A program made the translations under genes and the position numbers. From NCBI GenBank assembly GCA_963819815.1, contig CAWFXL010000001.1:192001-256000 (forward strand): DNA of 64,000 bases. The letters are read 5' to 3'. A model generated the notes under the pieces. That model was not told the DNA's origin. It searched no databases and was given only the letters and a program-made list of their open reading frames with translations. This document shows positions 10,626 through 20,334 of this stretch, piece after piece (the first letter of the stretch is position 1; each line of letters begins with the position of its first letter). Source of the DNA: an uncultured bacterium. Its GTDB lineage: Bacteria; Babelota; Babeliae; Babelales; Babelaceae.

Positions 10626-11567
10626 ATGAAGTTATTGCAGAGCATATGGCTTTTACTGTTTAGTTGCACTCTCAGCATGGCACAAGACGATGAAAAAGCT
10701 CTTTTAATCAAAAATGCAACTGGGAAAACCCTCGTAGTGATTGTTGGGGGAAAGAATCAACCTGAGAGAGAATTCTTGCACCGTCTTGTTGCTCCTTTAG
10801 GAACCATGATGGTGCCATTTAAGACTATTGGAACTCTAAATATTGCTCCACATGGTATAGAACACAATTCACTATGGATGTTTCCTTATAACTATGCTGG
10901 TCAGATTAATCCATTTATTGACCTTCATAAAGATCTTCAGAAGATCTCACTTGAAATTTATCCTCCCCAGCAGGAGGGCTTTTTAGGCCCTATTACAGCT
11001 ATGGTGAGGCCCTACAGCCTCATAATCGGTCAGCCAGATCAAAAAATTCCTAATGGATTCGAACTTAGTTTTAACTACATTCTTTCACTTCTGAGACGCA
11101 ATCCACAGGCTGATATTACGGCTGCCGATATCCTTGGCCTTAATGAGGATAGTGCTACTTTTGGACCATTTATGTTCGATCAGTATAGAGAGATATGGTG
11201 GCAACAAGAGAGCTATTGGAAGGGTGTGTATGGATCTGGTCCTACCTTGGAAGACATTAAGAAGATTATCGAGGAAACTGAGCAGATTTATCGAGAGCTG
11301 CTTGGAGCAATGCCTCACGGACGATATCAAAGAGAAGACAAAGATTATGCACGAATTGCTTTAGAAATACTTGATTTGACGAATCAACTGCTTAACGAAG
11401 ACATAATACTACGCAATAAGGAGTTGCTTTGGATGATGTCTCCCTTATCTGACCCTGAGGCCACGATAGCCGTTCAAAAAGTTGTAAATCCTGCACGCAT
11501 CAAAAAAACTGAGCTTCTTGAGAAGATTAGAGATCATTTTAAGAACTATATACAAAGCGAAGCATAA
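10626..11567 (+). CDS. Exported hypothetical protein with a degenerate J-domain-like C-terminal region
   Basis: Signal peptide; ADILGL...TLEDIKK...IYRELL..MPHGR. Confidence 0.7.
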   Translation: MKLLQSIWLLLFSCTLSMAQDDEKALLIKNATGKTLVVIVGGKNQPEREFLHRLVAPLGTMMVPFKTIGTLNIAPHGIEHNSLWMFPYNYAGQINPFIDLHKDLQKISLEIYPPQQEGFLGPITAMVRPYSLIIGQPDQKIPNGFELSFNYILSLLRRNPQADITAADILGLNEDSATFGPFMFDQYREIWWQQESYWKGVYGSGPTLEDIKKIIEETEQIYRELLGAMPHGRYQREDKDYARIALEILDLTNQLLNEDIILRNKELLWMMSPLSDPEATIAVQKVVNPARIKKTELLEKIRDHFKNYIQSEA

Positions 11568-11941
11568 GCTTATAGACCTCTTTTAATGAGCATTATAGAG
11601 ACTCATCTCAACTACGATCTTTCAATTTGCCAGCTATAAACCTTTCGGTTGTCCGTTCTGATCGATTATTATCAACGTTTCAGATCGATGATAAGCAGGT
11701 GATTTGAGATGGGAAAAGAACTGGTAAAAAAGTGATGCTTCGGTTGTGAGAAATTCACGATAATCTTGGATATATCGAGTTTTTGAGTAGGGATTTGATT
11801 TAAAAAAACCTTTGTTAATCAAAAATTTTCAGTAGGGGGATCATCTAGGTACGCTGTGCAAAAAATTCTCTGAAAGATACTTCCTGGATTCCCTCGTCCT
11901 AGTAGTTTTGGAGGTTTTATGGTACCTTTTTCAATAGACAA

Positions 11942-12018
11942 GCGCCCGTAGCTCAATTGGATAGAGTACCGGACTTCGAATCCGTTGGTTGTAGGTTCGA
12001 CTCCTACCGGGCGCACCA
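11942..12018 (+). tRNA. tRNA-Arg (anticodon TCG)
   Basis: 77 nt cloverleaf, GCGCCCG/CGGGCGC acceptor stem, CT-TCG-AA loop, GGTTCGACTCC, encoded CCA. Confidence 0.97.
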
Positions 12019-12029
12019 GAGTGCCTTAA

Positions 12030-12106
12030 GCGCCCGTAGCTCAGTAGGATAGAGCGACAGATTCCTAATCTGTAGGCCACAGGTTCAAATCCTGTCGGGC
12101 GCACCA
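12030..12106 (+). tRNA. tRNA-Arg (anticodon CCT)
   Basis: 77 nt cloverleaf, ACAGA-TT-CCT-AA-TCTGT anticodon arm, GGTTCAAATCC, encoded CCA. Confidence 0.97.
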
Positions 12107-12192
12107 GCAGTTTCCCGTCAGTCTTTTAGTCATGAAGCACTGGATGAATGATATGAGCATAGATTAACTTGTAAATACTATGGAGTTTGCTT

Positions 12193-12930
12193 ATGGCAGA
12201 AGAAGCCACAACCCTGATTAAGTATATTTCTGCTCATTCTTACTATTCTCGTAGGAAAGCTGGCGATCTTATCAAAGATGGGCACGTTAAAGTAAATGGG
12301 CTCCTGATTCGCAAACCATGGTTTGAAGTTGATGATGACGATGATGTACGTGTTGACCGTGTAAAGATTGTTCCTGGGATGGTGTCCTATATTCTCTTAA
12401 ATAAGCCTGAAGGGTACATCACTTCAATGGCAGATGATGAAGGGCGTCCTTCTGTTGCAGGGCTCATCAAAGGGGCATCAAAAGAGCGCGTATTTCCTGT
12501 AGGTAGGCTAGATAAAGATACCACGGGGCTCTTATTATTTACCAATGACGGGCTTCTTACTCAGAAGCTTACTCATCCCCGATTTAGCATAGCAAAGGAA
12601 TACCAGGTAACGTTGAATATACCAGTTGTACCTGAGCATCTGAAAGCTATGGTTAAAGGGGTCTATCTTACCGATGGGTTTATTCATTTTGATCGGGCAG
12701 TATTCGTTGCTAAGACAAGAAAGTTTGTCGTACAGGTGGAGATTCATAGCGGAAAAAAACGCATTATAAGAAGGCTTTTTGGTAGGCTGGGGTATGAAGT
12801 AAAACATCTTGATCGCGTAGGGTTTGCAGGACTAACCAAACGGAATCTTCCCCTTGGAAAATGGCGTAAGCTTGAGCCTCGTGAAGTTACTCGCCTAAAA
12901 GTTCTTGCAGGGCTTACCGAAGATGAATAA
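12193..12930 (+). CDS. rRNA pseudouridine synthase, RsuA/RluB family
   Basis: S4 domain (SRRKAGDLI), LLNKPEGY, VGRLDKDTTGLLLFTNDG, KEYQV; ATG 12193 after GGAG. Confidence 0.93.
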   Translation: MAEEATTLIKYISAHSYYSRRKAGDLIKDGHVKVNGLLIRKPWFEVDDDDDVRVDRVKIVPGMVSYILLNKPEGYITSMADDEGRPSVAGLIKGASKERVFPVGRLDKDTTGLLLFTNDGLLTQKLTHPRFSIAKEYQVTLNIPVVPEHLKAMVKGVYLTDGFIHFDRAVFVAKTRKFVVQVEIHSGKKRIIRRLFGRLGYEVKHLDRVGFAGLTKRNLPLGKWRKLEPREVTRLKVLAGLTEDE

Positions 12931-13591
12931 GGTGTTTGGTTGCTTCCCGATAACTCAAGGGAGATAGCGCATTCTTTTCTTGTAAGACAAACTGGCACAC
13001 CGCTTCTGGATCTGTGCGAGCATAGTGTCTTAGGGCCCATCCAATTGCTTTTCGTATGAAAAACTCTTTCTCATTAATCCGAAGCTTACAGTATCTAAAG
13101 AGACGGTCATTCTGTGTATCCTTTTTATAGGACAGCTGATAGATGAGCGCAGTTCTTCGGATCCACATAAAATCGTCTTCAATCCACATGTCCATATTGC
13201 TTTTTAAAGAAGGGTACTTTTGTAAAAGGGGCCCTACGAGATTAGATGCTAGTGTATCGACCGAGTCCCACCAAGATTTTGTGCGGATGAGTTTCTCAAA
13301 ACAAGGAAAAATCTCAGGTGTCCAGAGCTTCCTGTGAGCGTAAGCAAGATCAAGCGCAGCCATCTGATATTCTCGCTCGGGTAGCTCCCAAAGCTTATTC
13401 AAAAGCCGTATGAGCTCTCGCTCTGAGGTGACTGGATGCGCTTTAAATACTTCTTTTTGAATGAGACTTCGTGGGGGCTTTTTTATGCCAAGAAAGGGAA
13501 ATAAGTTTCTCATGTATGCAGATTGTTGGGCAGCGATGAAAGGATCTTGTAGCTCCTCAAAACGCAAGCGCAGTGTCTGAATGAGAATCAT
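12914..13591 (-). CDS. DNA alkylation repair protein (AlkD-like HEAT-repeat glycosylase)
   Basis: AYMRNLFPFLGI, EREYQ, SWWDSVD, WIRRTAL, EFFIRKAIGWALR. Confidence 0.9.
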   Translation of the reverse strand: MILIQTLRLRFEELQDPFIAAQQSAYMRNLFPFLGIKKPPRSLIQKEVFKAHPVTSERELIRLLNKLWELPEREYQMAALDLAYAHRKLWTPEIFPCFEKLIRTKSWWDSVDTLASNLVGPLLQKYPSLKSNMDMWIEDDFMWIRRTALIYQLSYKKDTQNDRLFRYCKLRINEKEFFIRKAIGWALRHYARTDPEAVCQFVLQEKNALSPLSYREATKHLIHLR

Positions 13592-13599
13592 GAGAATCC

Positions 13600-15102
13600 T
13601 TAATGAACTGCAATAGCGGCAACACTTTGTCCGGCCGCTTGCTCAGGCGAACGGAAGACGTTGTTAGATTTTCCCTTAGTATATCTATCCAGTAGCCAGT
13701 AGAAAGCAGCTCCTGCTACAATGCCTCCTAGGAGTCCTACGGAGAAGGGATATTTTTGGACGAATTGCGGAGAATTCTCTTTAAGCCGATTCAACAATTT
13801 CGCAACTATAGGACTAGATGCAGGATAAGATTCTTTGATCCATTCATCAAATCTTCCATCAATCGCATACGTAACATCACCTTGAAGTAGGCATTTCAAC
13901 TCTTTAATTCGATAATGTTCGATACAGGAAGACGAGCAAGAGTTGGCCATAAGAAATTGTCGAATACTTCCTTCCCTATGTGCAACAAAAGTAACCCAAT
14001 GCCCATCGGAACTTGTGCCCATACCATTGTTAAAAATAGTTTTTTGATCGGCATTGGTGTCGATTTTGTTTTTACTTGGCGATTTGAGGTAGATACAAAA
14101 TATTCCGGTTACAGAGCCTTTGTCACTCATAAATTGGTCGACAAATTGATTGAATGCGGTAGGTATAGGCTTTTTGGTGATGGGATCAAGAAGGTCGGGA
14201 TCAAAAAGTTGAGTGTCTTTTGTGAGCGCATCAGATCCCTGAAGCTGATTGTTGCCCGTAATAAAAATATTCTTCATATCAGCTTTTTCTGCATCGCGTA
14301 GTACTAGTTCTATATCATGGGAATCAATCCAATTGCCAATATGTCCGCTAGGCACTGAAACAGTAATATCCTTAAAATCGATGAGTGATTCGAGCATGCC
14401 AGGTTCTAGAAGCTCCACAAAGGACTGTTTATCCTCTATATTCGGATCATCTCTTCGCTCTCTTAATCGTTTTCTGAGTTGCTTCTTTATGACTGCTGCT
14501 GGTATCGTATATGATGAACCGTTATTCGCTTTCTGAGACTTTTCACCTAAGACCCTTGATAAAGATCTTACTTCTGACCTCAACTTATCCCAAGGTACTG
14601 CATTCTCTTCTGAAGGTGCTGGAAACGTTATCAAATGTTCATTTGATAACGTCCTGAAAATGCCCACATTCTGATCTTTACTGTGTATGAGTTTTGCGCC
14701 TTTATACATAAGCATGATCTGTTCCTCGATCGCTGGCCTTAACTCATCTTGGACATGACTGTTGATAACCGTTGCTCTCCAAGGACTTTCTGTAGAGGAA
14801 AATTTCTTATTACGGCTATCTATGTCATTCTTGAGATTTGTTAACGCAGCTGCGCGCTGAGTTTGGTCTGTAAGCTGCAAGATGTCACGTATAGCAAGGC
14901 CATTATAACTAGCTTGATAGCCACAACTCGCATAGCCATTCTCCATACCAAATTGGCTAGGAACGAGAAGTTGTATGGTATCGGTTCCATTGTCATAAGC
15001 AATAAAGCCTTTTAATTCTTCGCGAGAAAGTGGTACTGCTTCGATTAGTCCCACATATACTGAGAGCGTTAAAGAAATGACTAATAATCTGTTAATTTGC
15101 AT
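13600..15102 (-). CDS. Exported papain/Josephin-like cysteine protease candidate with C-terminal TM helix
   Basis: Signal peptide; SQ...SCGYQASYN, GHWVTF and MANS in triad order; TM segment VGLLGGIVAGAAFYWLL. Confidence 0.65.
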   Translation of the reverse strand: MQINRLLVISLTLSVYVGLIEAVPLSREELKGFIAYDNGTDTIQLLVPSQFGMENGYASCGYQASYNGLAIRDILQLTDQTQRAAALTNLKNDIDSRNKKFSSTESPWRATVINSHVQDELRPAIEEQIMLMYKGAKLIHSKDQNVGIFRTLSNEHLITFPAPSEENAVPWDKLRSEVRSLSRVLGEKSQKANNGSSYTIPAAVIKKQLRKRLRERRDDPNIEDKQSFVELLEPGMLESLIDFKDITVSVPSGHIGNWIDSHDIELVLRDAEKADMKNIFITGNNQLQGSDALTKDTQLFDPDLLDPITKKPIPTAFNQFVDQFMSDKGSVTGIFCIYLKSPSKNKIDTNADQKTIFNNGMGTSSDGHWVTFVAHREGSIRQFLMANSCSSSCIEHYRIKELKCLLQGDVTYAIDGRFDEWIKESYPASSPIVAKLLNRLKENSPQFVQKYPFSVGLLGGIVAGAAFYWLLDRYTKGKSNNVFRSPEQAAGQSVAAIAVH

Positions 15103-15503
15103 GGAGCTCCTCTTTCAAGTGAGTATATACAATAAGTGTATCGTATCTTTTCCTAAGGCGCAACAGTTAGACATCTTTTGAGGATTTTTTTGTGCGAATT
15201 GGGCCTTGGCACATAAGCTGGCGCTACATGCGCTTATGCAGAAGGCCGTTGGGAAGTGGCGTTTCATTGTGCTTTGAGATCTAGAAAATCATGTTTTCGA
15301 ATTTGATTTTGACTAACTATTATAAACGCTAATGTTTTCTAATTGTGTGGAAATCTATAGATTGTCGGGAGGATTTGTCCTAATGGAAACATTAAGGGCG
15401 CATTCTTGTAACCTTCTGTGTACTAGGCAAAGGGAGGACCAGAAAGAACAACTCCTGATGCCGCCACTAAATGATTGGTCTCCTTTTTGCTTATGATGAC
15501 ACT

Positions 15504-16967
15504 TTAGACATATTCTCTGAATAAATCATCAAGCGTTACTACTCCAGAGATGAGGTCTTCTGAATAGATGGTCTTTTTAAGGCCACTGGCAGAAATCATT
15601 GCAAGATAGAGCGTTTTTCGTGTTTTTGTTTGTTTTGCGAATACTGCGCATTTTTTTTGTAGTACTTGGGCATATTCCTTATCTATTGCAAAAGCCTTTT
15701 CAGTATATTTTATCTCACAGAGCGTTATTGATCGATCCTCTCTATCAAATAATAAATCAATTTGTGCTCCTTGCTCAGGAGAGCCCTTTTTTGGCACGAA
15801 GCGCCATTGGGATGCACCGGCCATTGTGAGATTTACCGCTTGTCTAATCAAAGGGACATGCTTATTGCAAATTGATTCAAAAGCACATCCTGCCCAGCTA
15901 TGCCATGCTGGAGAGTTTTGAACCTTCGTCCAATGTCCTTTCTCTTCCCCCCGTTCTATCATTTCTTTTTTTGGCTCTATCCACTTAAAGTAGAAGAGGC
16001 TATATTCGTCTGACATCTTATAGAAGATCCCTTTCTTTTTGCGACCAAAAGAGGTGAATCGTTGAATGAATCCTGTTTGCTCGAGCACTTCAAGGTGAGA
16101 CTTTAACCAGCCACCTGACTCTTGGACAGTCACCTGATCAAAAAGCTCTTCCTGGCCGATTCCATAACAATGCTGAGCTATAATTCTTGCCAATTCAGCG
16201 TGAATACTATCTTGGCCAAACAGCGTGGCATAGAGGAGCGAAAACTCCTTCAACAGAAAACTATCCTTTTTGAAAGCAAGATACTCAATGTTCTGCATAG
16301 CCGATAATCCAGCCTTTATTTGATCCAAATAAAACGGAATACCACCGATAACCATATAGAGATGGACAATATCATTATTAGCTAGCTTTACTTTCTTATG
16401 TTTCAAATACTCTTTTGTCTGATGCAAGTCGAATGGCTTTAGGTGGATCACCCGAGTAGCACGGTTATAGAGCCCCCCGATATTGTGAATGATATTTTTT
16501 AAAATCCAGTTCGATGCTGAACCGCAAATAATCAACTTAATTCTTCGGTCCATAGACCAATGGCGATTCCAAAAGTAATCGAGCATTTGAAGTAATTGAG
16601 ATTTTCTCGTAACCATCCAAGGAAATTCATCAAAGAACAAGACAATTTTCTTTTTCTGCGATAATTCGATCGTATTAGTGAGCAGATTAAATGTTTCTCT
16701 CCAATCCTTTTTAACACTGAGCTCAGGATGCCCAAAGGCACGAGCGATAGAGTCAGTAAATTGTGCAATTTGTTGCTCTTGAGTCCCGTCCTTTATGCCT
16801 GTTACGTACAAAAAGATGCTATTCGTTTTTTTTGAAAAGGTGTTCCTCACGAGAAATGTTTTTCCAACTCTTCGTCTGCCATAAAGGGCAATAAACTCAG
16901 GGTTGTCTGAATTGTAGGCTTCTTCAAGTATTTCTTTCTCTTCTTTTCTTCCAATAATCTTAAACAT
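15504..16967 (-). CDS. AAA ATPase (archaeal-type ATPase_2-like) with probable wHTH and C-terminal PD-(D/E)XK-like domain
   Basis: IIGRKEE, Walker A YGRRRVGKT, Walker B FFDEF, GGIPFYL, QIDLLFD...CEIKY. Confidence 0.9.
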   Translation of the reverse strand: MFKIIGRKEEKEILEEAYNSDNPEFIALYGRRRVGKTFLVRNTFSKKTNSIFLYVTGIKDGTQEQQIAQFTDSIARAFGHPELSVKKDWRETFNLLTNTIELSQKKKIVLFFDEFPWMVTRKSQLLQMLDYFWNRHWSMDRRIKLIICGSASNWILKNIIHNIGGLYNRATRVIHLKPFDLHQTKEYLKHKKVKLANNDIVHLYMVIGGIPFYLDQIKAGLSAMQNIEYLAFKKDSFLLKEFSLLYATLFGQDSIHAELARIIAQHCYGIGQEELFDQVTVQESGGWLKSHLEVLEQTGFIQRFTSFGRKKKGIFYKMSDEYSLFYFKWIEPKKEMIERGEEKGHWTKVQNSPAWHSWAGCAFESICNKHVPLIRQAVNLTMAGASQWRFVPKKGSPEQGAQIDLLFDREDRSITLCEIKYTEKAFAIDKEYAQVLQKKCAVFAKQTKTRKTLYLAMISASGLKKTIYSEDLISGVVTLDDLFREYV

Positions 16968-17064
16968 ATGACTCCCAGGATATGTAACTTTTAATATACT
17001 TTCTAATAAGGTTTACATAGAGACGTTTGCAGTGTGCCTGGAATGGCCTTCCTCTATTTGAGAC

Positions 17065-17298
17065 TTATGCCGCGAAGTATAATCTACTATATTCCGCGGT
17101 ATAAAGCGAGGATTTTGATTATACCGCGGAATATAATTTTTTTTCCGACTCGAAATCTTATGCTTTGTTTGGTCGATTAGATAGTGATTTATTAAGACTC
17201 AAATTTATACCGCGAAATATAGATTTTTATATTCCGCGGTATAAATCAGGAATTTTGATTATACCGCGACTTATAATTTTTTATATACCGCGGTATAA
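17065..17298. repeat. Array of seven 17-bp near-palindromic repeats (TTATACCGCGGAATATA or its reverse) upstream of the ATPase gene
   Basis: Copies at 17065F, 17088R, 17119F, 17205F, 17228R, 17259F, 17282R; the block is duplicated with a 140-bp offset. Confidence 0.92.
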
Positions 17299-17481
17299 GT
17301 TGGGAAATTTTTGGTATTAAACCAAAGGAAACAGAGGGTGTCGTTTTTGTACGATCAGATATAGTTAATAAGCTTGATTCAAAGAAGCTATCGAGTGTTT
17401 GAACCAAATTTTGCCTTGACTCCTCGCGTTTAAGTCGATACGTTAGGATTCATGACTTATACCAAGTAGAGGAATAGACTC

Positions 17482-18354
17482 ATGATGAATGTGATGGTAG
17501 CGCTCCTATGCTCTTTACTATGGGCAGGAGTGACTATTGGAAGTAAAATGCTTTCGGGAGCTCTTCCTTTTTTTGCCTTTGCTTTTCTGCGTTATTCATT
17601 GGCTGCTTTATGCTTACTCCCCATACTACTTATGCGGAAAGATAAGGAAGAGCTGAAAGTACGCTATCTTCCCACTCTTATGTTTTTAGGGTTTACGCTT
17701 GTGTTCCTGTTTAATGCATTATTCTTTAATGCTCTATATTATAGTTCAGCAACATCGGTAGCTCTCATAGGTGCTACTAATCCTATTTTGACTATGCTGG
17801 TATCTGCTGTAGTGTTTAGACATATTCCAAATAGGTACCAGCTTTTAGCGTTTATGCTTTCTTTTGCGGGAGCGGCCTTGGTAATTACCGAAGGAAAAAT
17901 GGGAGTTGCTGTGTTAATGGGAAGTGTTGGAGATTTTCTTATGCTTCTAGGGGTGCTTTGCCAGATACTCTATACTATGGCATTAAATAGGGTGAGTGTT
18001 CACTTTTCGCCGCTATTCCTATCATTTGCTACAATAGTAAGTGGTGTTCTATTTGTGTTTCCCTTTATAATAAGCAAAGAATTTGTTCACGTTGTAACGC
18101 ATCTTACGGTAGGACAATGGGGGATCTTTGCTTTCATTAGCTGCCTTGGAACAGCATTGGCCATCTATCTCTACTCCTATGCTATCAAGCATATGGGCCC
18201 TGCGAGGACTAGCTTAATCGTTTTTAGTTCGATGCCCGTCTTTGTATTCTTGCTTGCATTCCTGATATTGGGAGAGAGCATTTCAGTGTGGCAGCTACTT
18301 GGGGGCATTCTTGTTGTATCTTCATTAGTGATTGGTTTGCGGCATACCCGATAA
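17482..18354 (+). CDS. EamA/DMT family transporter, copy 1
   Basis: About 10 TM segments, LLWAG, FLRY, ALYYSSAT, YAIKHMGP. Confidence 0.9.
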   Translation: MMNVMVALLCSLLWAGVTIGSKMLSGALPFFAFAFLRYSLAALCLLPILLMRKDKEELKVRYLPTLMFLGFTLVFLFNALFFNALYYSSATSVALIGATNPILTMLVSAVVFRHIPNRYQLLAFMLSFAGAALVITEGKMGVAVLMGSVGDFLMLLGVLCQILYTMALNRVSVHFSPLFLSFATIVSGVLFVFPFIISKEFVHVVTHLTVGQWGIFAFISCLGTALAIYLYSYAIKHMGPARTSLIVFSSMPVFVFLLAFLILGESISVWQLLGGILVVSSLVIGLRHTR

Positions 18355-18552
18355 TTCGTCAGATAGAGTTTCAATAAATGCACTAATGTTTCTTAAAGTC
18401 TCTACGTAGAATACGCCCATGCCGCATTTTACATCATGGAAGCTAAACTAATTATGCAACCATACTTATGAGTACATAACTCCTTGCCGCTTTTCTGAGA
18501 AACTATAAGATTAAGAAAAAATACGTACGATCTCATTTGTTCAGGAGCAATT

Positions 18553-19425
18553 ATGATGAATGTGATTATAGCACTTCTATGTTCCTTACTTTCGGCGGGA
18601 GTGACGATTGGCGGCAAAATGTTTACGGTAGCTCTTCCGGCATTTGCTTTTGCCTTCTTACGATATGGATTAGCTTCTTTTTTCCTATTGCCCCTTTTCA
18701 TTATAAATAAAGAGAAAGAAGCTGTTAAATTACACGATCTTCCGGTCTTCATGTTTTTAGGGTTTACCCTTGTATTCCTGTTTAATGCACTATTTTTTAA
18801 CGCTTTATATTATAGTTCAGCAACCTCGGTAACGCTTATAGGTGCTACCAATCCGATTTTGACTATGCTCGTCTCAGCCGTGGTTTTTAGACAGGTTCCT
18901 AATAAATATCAAGCGTTGGCATTTCTGTTATCTTTTGTAGGGGCGGTCCTCGTAATTACTGAAGGAGAAATGGCCTTAGAAAAGTTAGGCGGAAATATTG
19001 GAGAATTGCTTATGCTTTTGGCAGTTCTTTGCCAGATAACGTATGGCATGGTATTGAAAAAGGTAAGTGCACATTTTTCTCCTCTAACTCTTTCATTTGC
19101 TACATTGACAACGGGTATACTTTGCGTATTGCCATTTGTTGCCAACAGGGAATTTGTCTCTATCGTAACGAATCTTACCCTTTGGCAATGGGGTATGTTC
19201 GTCTGCATTAGTGGTCTTGGAACGGCCTTAGACATATATCTATACTCACTTGCGATAAAACGTATGGGCCCAGCACAGACGAGCTTAATTATATTTAGTT
19301 CGATGCCTATCTTCGTGTTTTTGCTTGCATTCCTGATATTAGGAGAGGGCATTTCAGCGTGGCAGCTGCTCGGGGGTATCCTTGTTGTATCTTCATTAGT
19401 GGTCGGGTTACGTCATACCCGGTAA
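18553..19425 (+). CDS. EamA/DMT family transporter, copy 2 (tandem duplicate)
   Basis: Same length (290 aa), colinear with copy 1, identical C-terminus GLRHTR. Confidence 0.9.
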   Translation: MMNVIIALLCSLLSAGVTIGGKMFTVALPAFAFAFLRYGLASFFLLPLFIINKEKEAVKLHDLPVFMFLGFTLVFLFNALFFNALYYSSATSVTLIGATNPILTMLVSAVVFRQVPNKYQALAFLLSFVGAVLVITEGEMALEKLGGNIGELLMLLAVLCQITYGMVLKKVSAHFSPLTLSFATLTTGILCVLPFVANREFVSIVTNLTLWQWGMFVCISGLGTALDIYLYSLAIKRMGPAQTSLIIFSSMPIFVFLLAFLILGEGISAWQLLGGILVVSSLVVGLRHTR

Positions 19426-19430
19426 CTCTC

Positions 19431-20155
19431 TTATACAGGTACGACAAATACCGTGTTGCTTTGTAAGGTACAGCTACAATATTTGTTGAAGATATAGGCC
19501 TTTAGAGGGTTTGCCATTCCTTGAGGGAAAGGAAATGTTATAGTGAACACGCCCGTGTGCTCTGTTTGAGGATCACAATCACCTAAAATATTAATGTCAG
19601 CCCTGAACGTTGTGGAGCTTTTCTTTGCAGAAAAGGTCTTGGTAAAAGGAGGTGCTGACACCGTATTTCTGATCTCATCTTCAACGGTAGGTACAATTGA
19701 AAATTCTACGGGACCGGGAACTTCGTTTGGTGAAACAGCTAACGTGATGCATCCCAGACCATTTCCAAGAGGAAGTGAATCAATATTCATGCTGGCCGAT
19801 TCGACTGCAGATTCAGTAAAAACAATCGTAGTGGTGATTGAACTGGTTGTGGAGTCGGTAACAACGATATTGAGCTCCGTTGCGTATTCTGCAGCAGCCT
19901 ACTTCCAGTAAAGTCTGCAATTTGCGTAGTTTGAGAGGCAATAACGGTTCCATTTGTCTCAAGTAACTGATACGTATATGACCCATTAGACGAAGGTGTG
20001 CCACCTGATGCAGTTACGGATATATTTAGGGTTGGGTTGGCTCCGCATTCCCCTTGAGGGTTGAACGTTATATTTGAGATAAATAATGGTTGTGGGCCAA
20101 CCTGGGCAGTTAAGCTGATAGGTAAGGCGATTAGGGTGAGTAAGAGTTTTTTCAT
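19431..20155 (-). pseudogene. Frameshifted exported protein, short paralog of the SprB-like adhesin at 59351; ends in the KYC motif
   Basis: ORFs 19787..20155 and 19431..19790 join into about 241 aa if one base is restored near 19898; N-terminus aligns with the 59351 protein. Confidence 0.75.
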
Positions 20156-20334
20156 GAGTCTTCCTTTTGGATAATGTGGATTGTGTACGTGCTAACACGT
20201 TTGCTTCTAAGGTAGATTAACATATCGATTCTTACATATGCAATGATTTTGATCTTGATGTGCGCTTCCTAACTACTTACTAGATGTTTGCAAGTGGGCT
20301 TCTGAAGAAATAGGGCGCCTATGCATCCTGTATC

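Noticed and set aside
11634..12016. Short minus-strand ORFs 11634..11822 and 11819..12016
   Set aside because: One is antisense to a tRNA; the other has no recognisable motif.
12180..12195. 16-nt identity ATGGAGTTTGCTTATG with the start region of the minus-strand gene at 21254
   Set aside because: Largely explained by RBS plus start codon; no similarity beyond it.
15427..15490. Imperfect inverted repeat GCAAAGGGAGGACCA...TGGTCTCCTTTTTGC downstream of ATPase 1
   Set aside because: Long loop, single copy; cannot distinguish a terminator from an element end. I also found no flanking direct repeat for this ATPase locus.
17065..17298. CRISPR or other guide-RNA array
   Set aside because: Repeats are 17 bp and alternate in orientation, most spacers are only 6-14 bp and are themselves duplicated, and no cas-like gene is in the window.
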